A stretch of DNA of 63,578 nucleotides, filler included, from Octopus bimaculoides (lineage: Eukaryota): NCBI RefSeq assembly GCF_001194135.2. It is 4 parts of 4 records of this genome, joined end to end, with 100 filler letters (N's around TTAATTAATTAA, not from the genome) between each part and the next. Parts side by side here need not be neighbours in the genome. Positions count along the whole stretch, not along the records: positions 29,379 to 49,674 come from NC_068993.1; 3 more parts are not named here. The stretch is one strand, 5' to 3'. Below, piece by piece: positions 36,111-46,833 of this stretch (positions within the stretch are counted from its first letter, which is position 1; each line of letters begins with the position of its first letter). The notes under the pieces were generated by a model. The model had not been told where the DNA came from. It saw only the letters and a program-made list of their open reading frames with translations, and did no database searches. Position numbers and translations under genes: made by a program.

Positions 36111-37286
36111 TGCTCTTAGAATGAAGACCACCAAGTTACAGAAATGCAATGAACCAGTGATTGGCTCATTAGAAACCTGGTGCTATTAGAAACCATTAGA
36201 AACCTGGTGCTATTATTTACAAATTTTGACATGAAATAAAGTAAAATAAACTGAGACAAGCAATGTGGTACCATATCTAATGACTCAACACAGTAATATA
36301 GATCGATATCGTCAGAATCTTTCCCGTTTTACTAATATAAACAGGTGCAATAGTAACTGTTTGGTAAGAAGTTTATTTCCCAACCATATGGTTTTAGGTT
36401 CAGTTCCAATGTGTGACACCTTGGGCAAGTGTCTTCTACTACAGCCCTGGGCCAACCAAAGCCACGTGAGCGAATTTAATAGAAAAAAAAAAAATGAAAG
36501 CCCATTGTATATGTATGCATNNNNNNNNNNAAGCCCATTGTATATGTATGCATGCATGTGTGTGTGTATGTGTGTGTGTGTGTGTGTGTATCTTGCTCCT
36601 TTCACTGCTTGACAATTGTAGTTGGTTTGTTTATGTCCTCTCTATTTAGTTGTTCAGTAAAGGAAGCTGACAGAATAAGTATCAGGTCTAAAGTACTTGT
36701 GTCAGTTTGTTCAAGTAAATCCTTCAAAGCATTGCCCTAGCATGGCTGCTGTTCAAGATAAAAGATAAGTCCAAACAGAAGTATGTACAGGGTTATTAAG
36801 ATATGAATTAATTACAAGTACTTTCTATACTTTATATTCGCTGCATATACTTTATATTTATAACTAAGCAATATAAATAATTTATCCTTACTTAACCCTT
36901 TAGTGTTCAAATTATTCTGGCAAATGTAAAACATATTTATTCATATTGCTTTGAATTAATCATGTATTATCTCATAGCTTTGAGATTTCAAAGATGTTAT
37001 TCTTTTATTCTTTTACTTGTTTCTCTTACTTGATTGCAGCCATGCTGGAGCACTGCCATGAAATGTTTTTACTGAACAATTTGACTCCAGGACTTATTTT
37101 TAAGCTTGGTACTTGTTTCATCGGTTTCTTTGCAAACCACTAAGTTACAGGGTTGTAAACAGAACAACATTGGTTGTAAAGCGACGGTGGGGGTGGCTGG
37201 ACAACACTGACACAAAGACACACACACATAAGTATATACATTCATACATACATACATACATACATACATGCATACATACGTACATA

Positions 37287-38528
37287 TTAGGTTGTCAAGA
37301 AAGTTCTTGCGGTTTTTAACCTTTAAATTCAGATGCACATATCTCGGCTCAAACAAAACTTTATTAATTGAAATAAATACCATCAGAATCAACACACTTT
37401 TGCCACCATGAAACAAGTTTATTTATGCCAGTAGCATAAAAGTCTTGTGCTCTGATGGCAATGAAGTTGTTGAAGGCGTGTTTGGCATTGTCATGGTTTT
37501 TGAAGTATTTCTCATGCAGGAAGTTGTCGAGATGCTTGAAAAAGTGGTAGTCAGTAGGCGAGAGGTCTGGTGATTATGGCAGATGAGGCAGAGTTTCGTA
37601 GCCCAATTCGTTCAATTTCTGCAGGGTCAGTTGTGTGACATGCGGCCAAGCATTGTCGTGGAGAAGAATCGGTCCTTTTCAATTGACCAATGCTGGCTGT
37701 TGTTGTTGGAGTTTCTTATGCATTTCATCCATTTCCTGACAGTACTTCTCCACCATAATGGTTTCGCCTGGATCAAAAAAGCTGTAATGGATGAGACTGG
37801 CCACAGACCACCAAACAGTCACCATAACCATCTTTTGGTGCAACTTTGGTTTTGGGAAGTGCTGTGGAGCTTCATCGGCATCCAACCACTGAGCTGAATA
37901 TTGCCGGTTGTCGTAAAGAATCCACTTTTCATTGCAAGTCACAATCCGTTCGAGAAATGGGTCATTCTTGCTGTGTAAAAGAAGGGAAGACAACACTTCA
38001 AAACGGCATTTATTTGGTTGTCGTTCAATTCGTGTGGCACCCATTTCTCAAGTATTTTTGTTTTTCCCATCTCTTTCAAGTGGTTGGGAATTGTCGTATA
38101 CATTACGTCTAATTCAGAAGCAAGCTCTCGAACAGTCTTGCATGGATTGGCTTTAACTAAGGCTCTTAGTTGATTGTTGTCAACAACCGATGGCCGACCA
38201 CTGCGCTTATCATCTTCAAGACTCTCGTCACCACTACGAAATTTCTTGAACCACCATTGTGCTTTATGTTCATTAGTGGTTCCTGGGACAAATGCATCGT
38301 TGATGTCGCAAGCTGTTTCAGCAGCTTTTCATCCTAGCTTGAACTGGAATAAGAAAATTGTGCGAATTTTCTTTTTGTCCATGTTGTATTCAACGTTCCA
38401 GTAAAAAAAAAATGGCCTAATTATTCAAAAAGTAAAAGAGTAACATGATTAGATAGAGCGAAAAATGGGCTTTAAAATGATATATAAAGTCAAAGTAATT
38501 TAATGAAAATTAATTTGAAAATATATCA
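37287..38528 (-). mobile_element. Hsmar1/SETMAR-like mariner element with inactivated transposase (37364-38382)
   Basis: TA + ttaggttgtcaagaaagttcttgcggtttt TIR. MDKKKIRTIFLFQFKLG*...WFKKFRSGDESLED...WVPHEL...IVTCNEKW (first catalytic D>N), LHDNA, SPDLSPTDY; stops and frameshifts. The other TIR is expected in the gap from 38529. Confidence 0.93.
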
Positions 38529-38775
38529 NNNNNNNNNNNNNNNNNNNNNNNNNNNNNNNNNNNNNNNNNNNNNNNNNNNNNNNNNNNNNNNNNNNNNNNN
38601 NNNNNNNNNNNNNNNNNNNNNNNNNNNNNNNNNNNNNNNNNNNNNNNNNNNNNNNNNNNNNNNNNNNNNNNNNNNNNNNNNNNNNNNNNNNNNNNNNNNN
38701 NNNNNNNNNNNNNNNNNNNNNNNNNNNNNNNNNNNNNNNNNNNNNNNNNNNNNNNNNNNNNNNNNNNTATATATA

Positions 38776-39161
38776 GGAAGAGAAATACTTTCATTTCACA
38801 TAGTTTGATATCTTTTTATAAAAAAAATTTTTTTATATATACATATTTTATGGATGTGATATCCAACTGATTTTCACTATTCAAATTAACTTTTCAAGGG
38901 ACATTGTGAAGTAATGATTTCTTGTGATAAAGGAGTCTTACCATTTTGGATACTTGAAACTCATTCTTATTTTTCAAGTATCCAAAATGGCAGGACTCCT
39001 TAATCACAAGAAATGATTACTTCACAATGTCCCTTGAAAAGCTAATTTAAATAGTGAAAACTGGTTGGATATCACAACATCCATAAAATATGTAAATATA
39101 TATAAAAAATTTTTTTTATAAAAAGATATTAAACTATGTGAAACGAAGGCATTTCTCTTCC
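38776..39161. repeat. 386-bp foldback inverted repeat
   Basis: Arms 38776-38959 and 38972-39161 are near-perfect reverse complements around a 12-nt spacer (ctcattcttatt). Confidence 0.95.
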
Positions 39162-39580
39162 ACATTTTATATATGTTTTCCACATATTTTCAACTCATAA
39201 TTTTGCCATGTGGTGTATACTGATTCTCCAGTATTTTGCTCCTTTTATATATATATATATATCATCATCATCATCATCATCATCGTTTAACGTCCACTTT
39301 CCATGCTAGCATGGGTTACACACACACACACACAGGGGGTCTTTCAGTTTCCCTCTAATAAATCCACTCACAAGGCTTTGGTTGGCTTGAACTATAGTAG
39401 AAGACACTTGCCCAAGGTGCCATGCAGTGGGACTGAGCTCAGAACCGTGTGGTTGGGAAGCATCTTATCACATAGCCATACCTATATTTAGAACAACATT
39501 GTAAGGTAGATTATTTGGGCCAGATATGGCCAGTTTAAATGCTGAAGAGTTAAATGTAGATGTTCTATTAGAACAAATTA

Positions 39581-40830
39581 CAAGAGGCAGTGAATAAATT
39601 GTCATCTAAATTACACAAAAATGAAAATAACACTAACATCTCATTTTAACAAATATATTTACCAAAACTGCATAAAACTATTTCAACCACGGCGTCCAGA
39701 CAACTTCGGAATCTCCTGCAACTCTTCTGGATGGTCTCTTTGTTTAAGTTTGCTAATGCTGCCATAATCCTTGCCTTCAGTTCATCTTTTGTGTCACAAG
39801 AATTTTGTTGGTCTGTTGCTCAATTGCACCCTACACATAATAATCAAGGGGGTTACAGTCTGGGGAGTGAGGTGGCCAGATGTTAGGGTGATGTGGTCAG
39901 AGAAATTATTTGACAGCCATTGCTGGGTTCTCCTACATGTGTTGCATGGTGCGGAGTCCTGTTGCCAGACATAGGGTCTTCTAGCAGCCACCCTCTTGAC
40001 CTAGGGCAGCATTACCTCCTCCAGGCACTTGATGTATGTCTCCATATTGAGTCTGAGGCCATGTGGGAAGATGAATGGAGGCATAACATTGCCATCACTA
40101 GTGATCACTCCAAACAACATGATGTTGACTGAATGTTTGATTTTTATCCTTCTTGCTACATGTTTTGGGGACATGGCAAGCCAGTGGTCTGTTCTGTGTG
40201 TCCACCATCTGATTCTGGTGGAAAGTTTTCTCGTCTGAGAAAAACCAAAGCATGTTCAGTTGGAGGGTATGCGTGAGTTTGTTCAAAAGCTTCATCTTTC
40301 CTCTTGCCCTTGATGGCTTGGGAAAAAAATTGGTCCTTTCTCATCTTGTATGAGGAATACTGAATGTCTTCATGCACTGCCTGCCTGATAAGAAACTCAG
40401 ACACTCCCAGGTCCCTGGCAATAGGCCTGATTGACTTTGAGGGATTAATGTCAATCATAGCCTGCATCTCACCAACAAATTCAGAAGTTCTTTTCTTAGC
40501 AGAATGATCAGAGTAAGTTTTCTGTACTGTCATAGTTTCTTAATGACCATTAGACTCATTCAACTCTTTCTGAATCCTCTGCACTGTCCTCAGATTGACA
40601 CCCAAACACTGTGAAATGTTTGTATTGGAGCTTCCGGTGCAAATGCCAAACAGTACAGCATGTCGTTTCCAAATTTCTGGCAGAGTGAATTGCATCATGG
40701 TGCTGCTTTTCTCACATATGGTGCCCAACTGACCCTACTATACTGTGTGGTCAACAAAATCAAAAACAAACAATATGCACATGCACGAAATTAAAACATT
40801 AGATGGTGACAATTTACCCATTGCACCCTG
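39581..40830 (-). mobile_element. maT (DD37D) Tc1/mariner element, full length, transposase inactivated
   Basis: TA-flanked TIRs (caagaggcagtgaataaattgtcatctaa / ttagatggtgacaatttacccattgcaccctg). WFFSDEK, WQQDSAP and WPPHSPDCNPLDY are present, with 37 residues between D2 and D3 after repairing a 1-nt deletion. ATG at 40698. Confidence 0.9.
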
Positions 40831-41156
40831 TATACTGTGGTAGTTACAATGAAAGAAACCCTGATATTGGCGTTTTGGTGCAAAATGCACTCTTCTATAT
40901 ATTATTAACGGTGAGATAAATATCCCCACGACCCCAAGCTCCAAGACCATCTGATCACATAACTTCTACTTTGTTTGGTCTTGTTAATGATGGATACTCA
41001 ACCCACATTATAGTTTGTTTTAACAGAACATCTACATGAAAATTGGGATAAATGTTACCTCTCAGTATTAATACTGCCTCTGTTGCTAATATGTATAATG
41101 TAACTAATTTTTTGATTTCATTATTTAGTTGATGTTTTTTTCCAATGGTTATTTAG

Positions 41157-41900
41157 TTGATGTTTTTTTCCAAAAAGATACAAAAGATATGCGGCCCATA
41201 TGACATCGGGACAGTATTCAAGAGTAATACAACACTTTACAAATATCTCCTTCGAGTAAAACCACCAATAGAAGAGAATATGACCAAAGACTGCGTGTAC
41301 TCCATCATATGCAGCTGTGGTAGGTTATACAAAGGCGAAACATGCTGCCCCCTCAAAATAAGGGTTGACAAACATCACAAAGCTGTGACATGAGATATTG
41401 ATAAATTGGGTATAGCTGATCATGTATGGAAAAATGGAGACACCTTCCTCTGTGGGATGAAGTTAAAATAATAGAGAGAGAACACCAATGGAAAATACAA
41501 AAACTAAAAGAAGTAGTATATATGCTAGGACACAACAACCTCCTAAGCAGACTGAGTGCAGATATAAATAGCATATGGGAACCGGTATTAAGGAAGGATA
41601 AAGAAAATATTAGATTTATAAGCCCTAAAATTCACTCCATAATTGCCATGGGCATATGGCATAGTGGTTAAGAGCGTGGTCTATTAACCTCAAGATTCCG
41701 AGTTCAATTCCAAGCAGTGACCTGAACAACAATAATAATAATAATGATAATAATAACATCAAAATATACCTTAGGAATGAGAACCCAGGTTTGAAATTTC
41801 CCCAAGAAACCTGAAGAAGGCTGGAGAGTATATCAGCTGAAACGTATTAACAACAAACAAGATGAGGACAAATATCTATGGAATGTAAATAATGTACCTA
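41157..41900 (+). mobile_element. Penelope-like element 3' part: GIY-YIG endonuclease, tRNA-like segment, hammerhead-like motif, tail
   Basis: VYSIICSCGRLYKGETCCPLKIRVDKH (GIY-YIG) and WDEVKIIEREHQWKIQKLKE, then gggcatatggcatagtggttaag...gagttcaattcc, (AAT)n and ctgaagaaggctg...cagctgaaacgta. Confidence 0.9.
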
Positions 41901-42483
41901 ATTCCTCCTCTCTTAAATATAGAACTGTACTAATTTTTTTATTTAGCATAAGAAGATGCAAGACTATGATATTACATATATTTAATTTATTTTTTCAGGA
42001 ACTTTATGGTGATTGGAATGTGTGAACAACGAAAATTTCACTGGAATGTAAAAACTGGATTACCAAAATTTTTTTATATTATTATTATTGATCTACCAAG
42101 ATTTTATTTGAGTATACACTTTGCTCAAGATATATATTATTGTAATAGGCGCTTTGAACTAAATTTGAACTATTAAAATATATTCTTTTAATTGTTGAGA
42201 TTTTAACTTATTCATATAAAAGTACTGGATTACTAGTTATCACTGGAATAAAATCAGAGTACAAATCATATGACATGTCACCATTAAAAACTTAATAGAT
42301 GATACACAGAAATATGCAAATATATGAATATAACACTGAATATTTTCATAAGAAAGAAATTCTTAGAATGTCTTTGAATCACTAATACATGTTTCATTAT
42401 TGCATGAACCAACTGGAGTAAATTAAAACAGAGGATCAGTATTCTAATTATAATAATTTGTAACTAAACATTTCAAAACTAAC

Positions 42484-45096
42484 ATGTCTGCTTTATTAAT
42501 TCTATTTTTCCTGGCATGTTTTGGATTTTGCTCTGTTATAGCAGAGCTAACTTTTCATGTTTTAGAGGAAGAACCAATACATACCTATATTGGTTCTGTT
42601 AATGCCTCCAGTAAATCTAATAAGTCTAGCAGGTTTCTATTTATTGAACCAAAGACGCATCTATTTAGTATTGACAAAGATTCTGGAAAGATTTATAATG
42701 CGGAGCGTATTGACCGGGAAGACTTATGTGGATCTCGTTATCCTTGTGTTTTGGATACGGAGGTTCGAATAGATTCAGCAACAGTTGAAATAGTGACTGT
42801 GAAAATTTACATAGTAGACATCAATGATAATGCTCCTATGTTTGATAAAGATGAAGCTTTAAAGGTTAGTGAAAACAAACTCAATAAATCATATTCCATT
42901 TTAGAAGCATGGGATTTTGATTCAGGGAACAATTCTGCAATATATTATACATTGTTAGACAATATAAATAATACATTTAGCTTGATCTGGAATGAAGACC
43001 AAACGCTTGGATTAAAAGTTATGAAGACTTTGGATTATGAGAAACAAACATTTTACCGGTTGACACTTGTAGCAAAAGATCAAGGTATTCCACAGAGAAC
43101 TGGCAGTACATTTATAAATATTACTGTGTTAGATGAAAATGATAATAGCCCAAAATTTGAAAAAGTTTTCTATAATCAAACAATTTTTGAAAATGTACCT
43201 GTATCATCTACAATACTCACATTGCATGCAGTTGACAAAGATTCCGGTCAGAATGGTGAAGTGAAATACAAGCTAAACCGTAAAACTTCTCTAAGGATTA
43301 GAGAAATTTTTGAAGTGAAAGAATCTTCTGGAACAGTTATTTTGAAAGGTAGTCTGGGTAAAAGACATCAATATTCTTTTGATGTAATAGCTTATGACCA
43401 AGGGTCGAGGAGGCGTTCAGCATCTGTAACTGTTACCATTAATATTGTTGATGTCAATGACAATTCTCCAGTCATTGATATTGACCCTCCATTGGCCAAT
43501 GTATCAGAATCTAAAACTGTGAACTCCCATGTAGCTGTTGTTCACATTCAGGATAATGATAAAGGTGACAATGGTAAAGTGAACTGTTCAATTGCTGTTA
43601 CCAGTCAGTACTTTGGCCTCAACCAAATTTCTTCAATAACTTATGAAATAGTCATTAAGCGTGAACTGGATTTTGAACACATAACCACTTATAATATCAC
43701 TATTGAATGTGAAGATAATGGCATACCTAAACTAAAAAGTAAAAATACTCTTGTGGTGAATGTCATTGATGAGAATGACAATCCTCCAGTCTTTACCAAT
43801 GACATCAAGATTGTTGATATCACTGAAAATAATAAAGTTCCTGAAATTATAACCCAGGTGAAAGCAACAGATAAAGATTATGGTATGAACTCTGAAATAT
43901 ATTACTATCTTGATTCTGACAATGCATCAGATTTTATTTTAGATAACAGAACAGGTGTAATAACAACAAATAAAATATTTGATAGAGAAACTATTTCAGT
44001 GGTACAGCTTAGAGTTCTCGCAGTGGATTGTGGAATTTTACCTCTCACTGGCACTGGAACTGTACAGTTAAAGATACTTGATGTTAATGATAATGTACCA
44101 AAATTTCAAAAGCAACATTATGAGTTTCATACATTAGAAGCTCAAGCAAGAAATACCACAATTGCAACTGTAGAAGCAAAAGATTTAGATGCTGGGGAAA
44201 ATGGAGCAGTTACATATGTAATTGAAAACAGCAACAGAGCTTCAGAGCTTTTCACTGTAAGTGATGGTATTTTAAAGACTAAAGCTGTATTAAGTCGCAC
44301 GAAAGGGAGGAGATATGATTTTTTGGTTGTAGCTACTGACCATGGGAAAAAGCCATTGAACTCATCAACAAGTATCACAGTAATTGTTGAGGATGCTAAT
44401 GACAACTATCCCTGTATCATTTACCCTAGTGATGCAAACAACAGTATTTCAATCAGTTACGAAATGACCCTAGCTGACCAGCCTATTTCACAAGTCATAG
44501 CTTTTGATGATGATGAAGGAGAAAATGCTAGGTTATCTTATTTCCTTAAAAATACCCCTGAAACAACCAGTTTTTTCAGAATTAACGAAACATCTGGTGA
44601 AATAATGCTGATTAAAAATGGTAATGTCAGTAGACTAAGACAAAACTATAAACTATTGATTTCTGTTAAAGACCATGGAAAGCCAGCACAACATACTGCT
44701 ACAGTTTTACTTGTGAATATAATTGATGGCAAACCATTGACAAGCAAAACTAATCATTTAAAAATTATTTTACCATTATGTATAATATTCATTATTGTAT
44801 TTATCATTGGATTTGCATACATGAGGTTCAGAACTAATAAAGAGAAAAGACGATATTTTGCAAAGAAGTATGAAGATGCTTCACTTCGAAGGAAGCAAGA
44901 TAATTTTCCTAAAGAAAATGAATTCAATAACAACAGTGGCAAGTCTGTGGCTTTAAATGGAAGTACATCTGAAGGAAATTATGCCCAGTCTTTGCAAGGA
45001 AATGAAAACAGTCATGAAGCAGCAGATAGTTTACCTCCAGATATACATACACAAAAAGAAAGTGGAAATAACGTGTCCAAAGAACCATCATTCCAG
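42484..45096 (+). CDS. Pcdh: Protocadherin, large first coding exon (signal peptide, 7 EC repeats, TM, proximal tail)
   Basis: MSALLILFFLACFGFCSVIA signal peptide; EC1 with C-X5-C (CGSRYPC); six DxNDNxP linkers (DINDNAP, DENDNSP, DVNDNSP, DENDNPP, DVNDNVP, DANDNYP); TM LKIILPLCIIFIIVFIIGFAYM at ~44758-44823; donor TTC CAG|gtaggg. The whole ectodomain is in one exon. Confidence 0.97.
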
Positions 45097-45759
45097 GTAG
45101 GGTTTATATATAAATCTATATAATAATCTGATTGTTTGTTCACCTGTTAAACATTAGTTAGTGAGAGAGGTGGAGTAAGAATGAAAGAGAGAGAGAAGGA
45201 GAAGTGAAGAAAGAAGTGAGGAAGAAGTAGAGAAAGGTGATTAATATTAATACGCTTAAGCCAAGTGGTCATGTGGTCAGCTGAAGATAGAGGTAAATAG
45301 AAAAAGACGATGAGAGAAAAAGAGGGAGAGAGAAGTGTTAACAACATGCAGTGGGTGGGGAAGGAATACTTAATACATGGTAAAAAATTAAGGGAAAATT
45401 AGAGATATGGACAGGGGAAGCAGTTATATTGAGAGAGAGAGAGAGCGAGAGAGAGAGAAAGAGAGAGATAGTGGTGCCAGTGATGGTGTATTTCTGGGGT
45501 GTGTACTGCATTATGCCTTCTTTATGTTGTTACGGGAGTGCAAACTTTCCCTGGTATTGTATTGCATCAGCTTGTTTTGTTATGAGATCTGGTTGCAGTT
45601 TTTGTTGTAGTGTTTGTATTGTATGTTGTGTGTTTAATACAAGTTGTATTCTTCTGTTGTGTACCAGGCCTGTAGAGTATATTGTGGTGGTTGTTTATTC
45701 TATAGGATATTTACTGTATAGAGTGTGTCTTGTGTTAGTGAATTTTTTTTGTTTGGGTT

Positions 45760-46140
45760 GTATTATTGAACTGATAATGTTTCGTGTAGGATGTGGGCTG
45801 TTGCTAGTTTTTGGATTGTGTGTAGTGTTGAGGGTCTAGATATAGCTTCTGCGTTTTTGAAAATATTTTTATATATCATATCCAATGCTCCAATTATTAT
45901 TGATATTCTTTTCATCTTCATGCCCCACATATTGAATACTTCAGTTTCAAGATCTCTGTACAATTGACAATTTCTGTACTTCTTTTTTTAACAATATTCT
46001 AGTAAGAAGGGATTGCAATGTCTATCAGTAAACATGTGTTTTTTTTACCAATCCTTGATTATTATGTCTGGGGAATAAGCTTTTATTTCTTTATCAGTTT
46101 GGACAAGCATAACCCAGATGATTGTGGCCTGGTTGTTGTC
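45760..46140 (-). mobile_element. R4-clade LINE 3' fragment (RLE) in the protocadherin intron
   Basis: VQTDKEIKAYSPDIIIK...CLLIDIAIP and YRDLETEVFNMWGMKMKRISIIIGALD. Confidence 0.75.
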
Positions 46141-46159
46141 ATGTATCTTGTTTAGTACA

Positions 46160-46565
46160 TTTATTATTATTATTATTCCTTTATAACACAGTGTAGGTAA
46201 AAATGCACCGGAGACTTTAGTCGTCTGTCAAGTCACAACAAGGACCTCAGACAGATAATACTTTCCATAAGATGTGCGCTGTGCCCAATAAAGCTATGTT
46301 TTGCAAGACATCAATTTTGCATGGGATGTCCAGTTGCTGTAAGAAGTCTTGAAGTTTCAATGGGATTGAGCCTAATGCTCCAATCACCACTGGTATCACT
46401 TTTGCATTACCCTCTTGCATTCCATCCAGTCTTACTATTTCCACTTTCAATTCGGAGTACTTGGTGATTTTTTTCAACCTCTTTACTCACAACACTCATG
46501 TCATTTGGTGTGGCTACATCAATGATCTGACAATATTTGTCTCTCTTATTCAATACATATTGAAC
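46160..46565 (-). mobile_element. R4-clade LINE 3' end with (TAA)n tail
   Basis: CQIIDVATPND...KEVEK/ITKYSELKVEI...VIPVVIGALGSIP...ALLGTAHILWKVLSV*, then a 3' UTR and aataataat tail. Confidence 0.85.
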
Positions 46566-46566
46566 T

Positions 46567-46614
46567 ATCATCATCATCACCACCACCACCACCACCACCA
46601 CCACCACCACCACC

Positions 46615-46664
<50 letters not shown>

Positions 46665-46665
46665 T
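46567..46665. repeat. (CAT)n(CAC)n(CAT)n trinucleotide microsatellite
   Basis: Direct inspection; it lies immediately upstream of the exon-2 acceptor. Confidence 0.95.
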
Positions 46666-46703
46666 ATTGCTAATTAATTTAATCTATTTACTTGTCTATT
46701 CAG

Positions 46704-46833
46704 TACAGTAATCTTTTGTGTAAAGATGATGCCAACAATTCCCCAGCAGAAGAGATTGAAGAATCTCAAATCAGAGTTGAACCTGAAGTAAGTTTTACGC
46801 TAGATCGAGCATCCATCAAAGGAAGTTGTGCTG
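46704..46833 (+). CDS. Pcdh: Protocadherin second coding exon (cytoplasmic), with alternative donor after 46787
   Basis: cttgtctattcag|TAC AGT AAT... is phase 0, matching the exon-1 donor. Open frame YSNLLCKDDANNSPAEEIEESQIRVEPE|VSFTLDRASIKGSCA G|. GTAAGT at 46788 and at 46834. Confidence 0.65.

Noticed and set aside
36498-36553. 23-bp direct repeat either side of 10 Ns
   Set aside because: Unmerged contig overlap.
46461-46673. Poly-His ORF
   Set aside because: (CAC/CAT)n microsatellite next to an R4 fragment.
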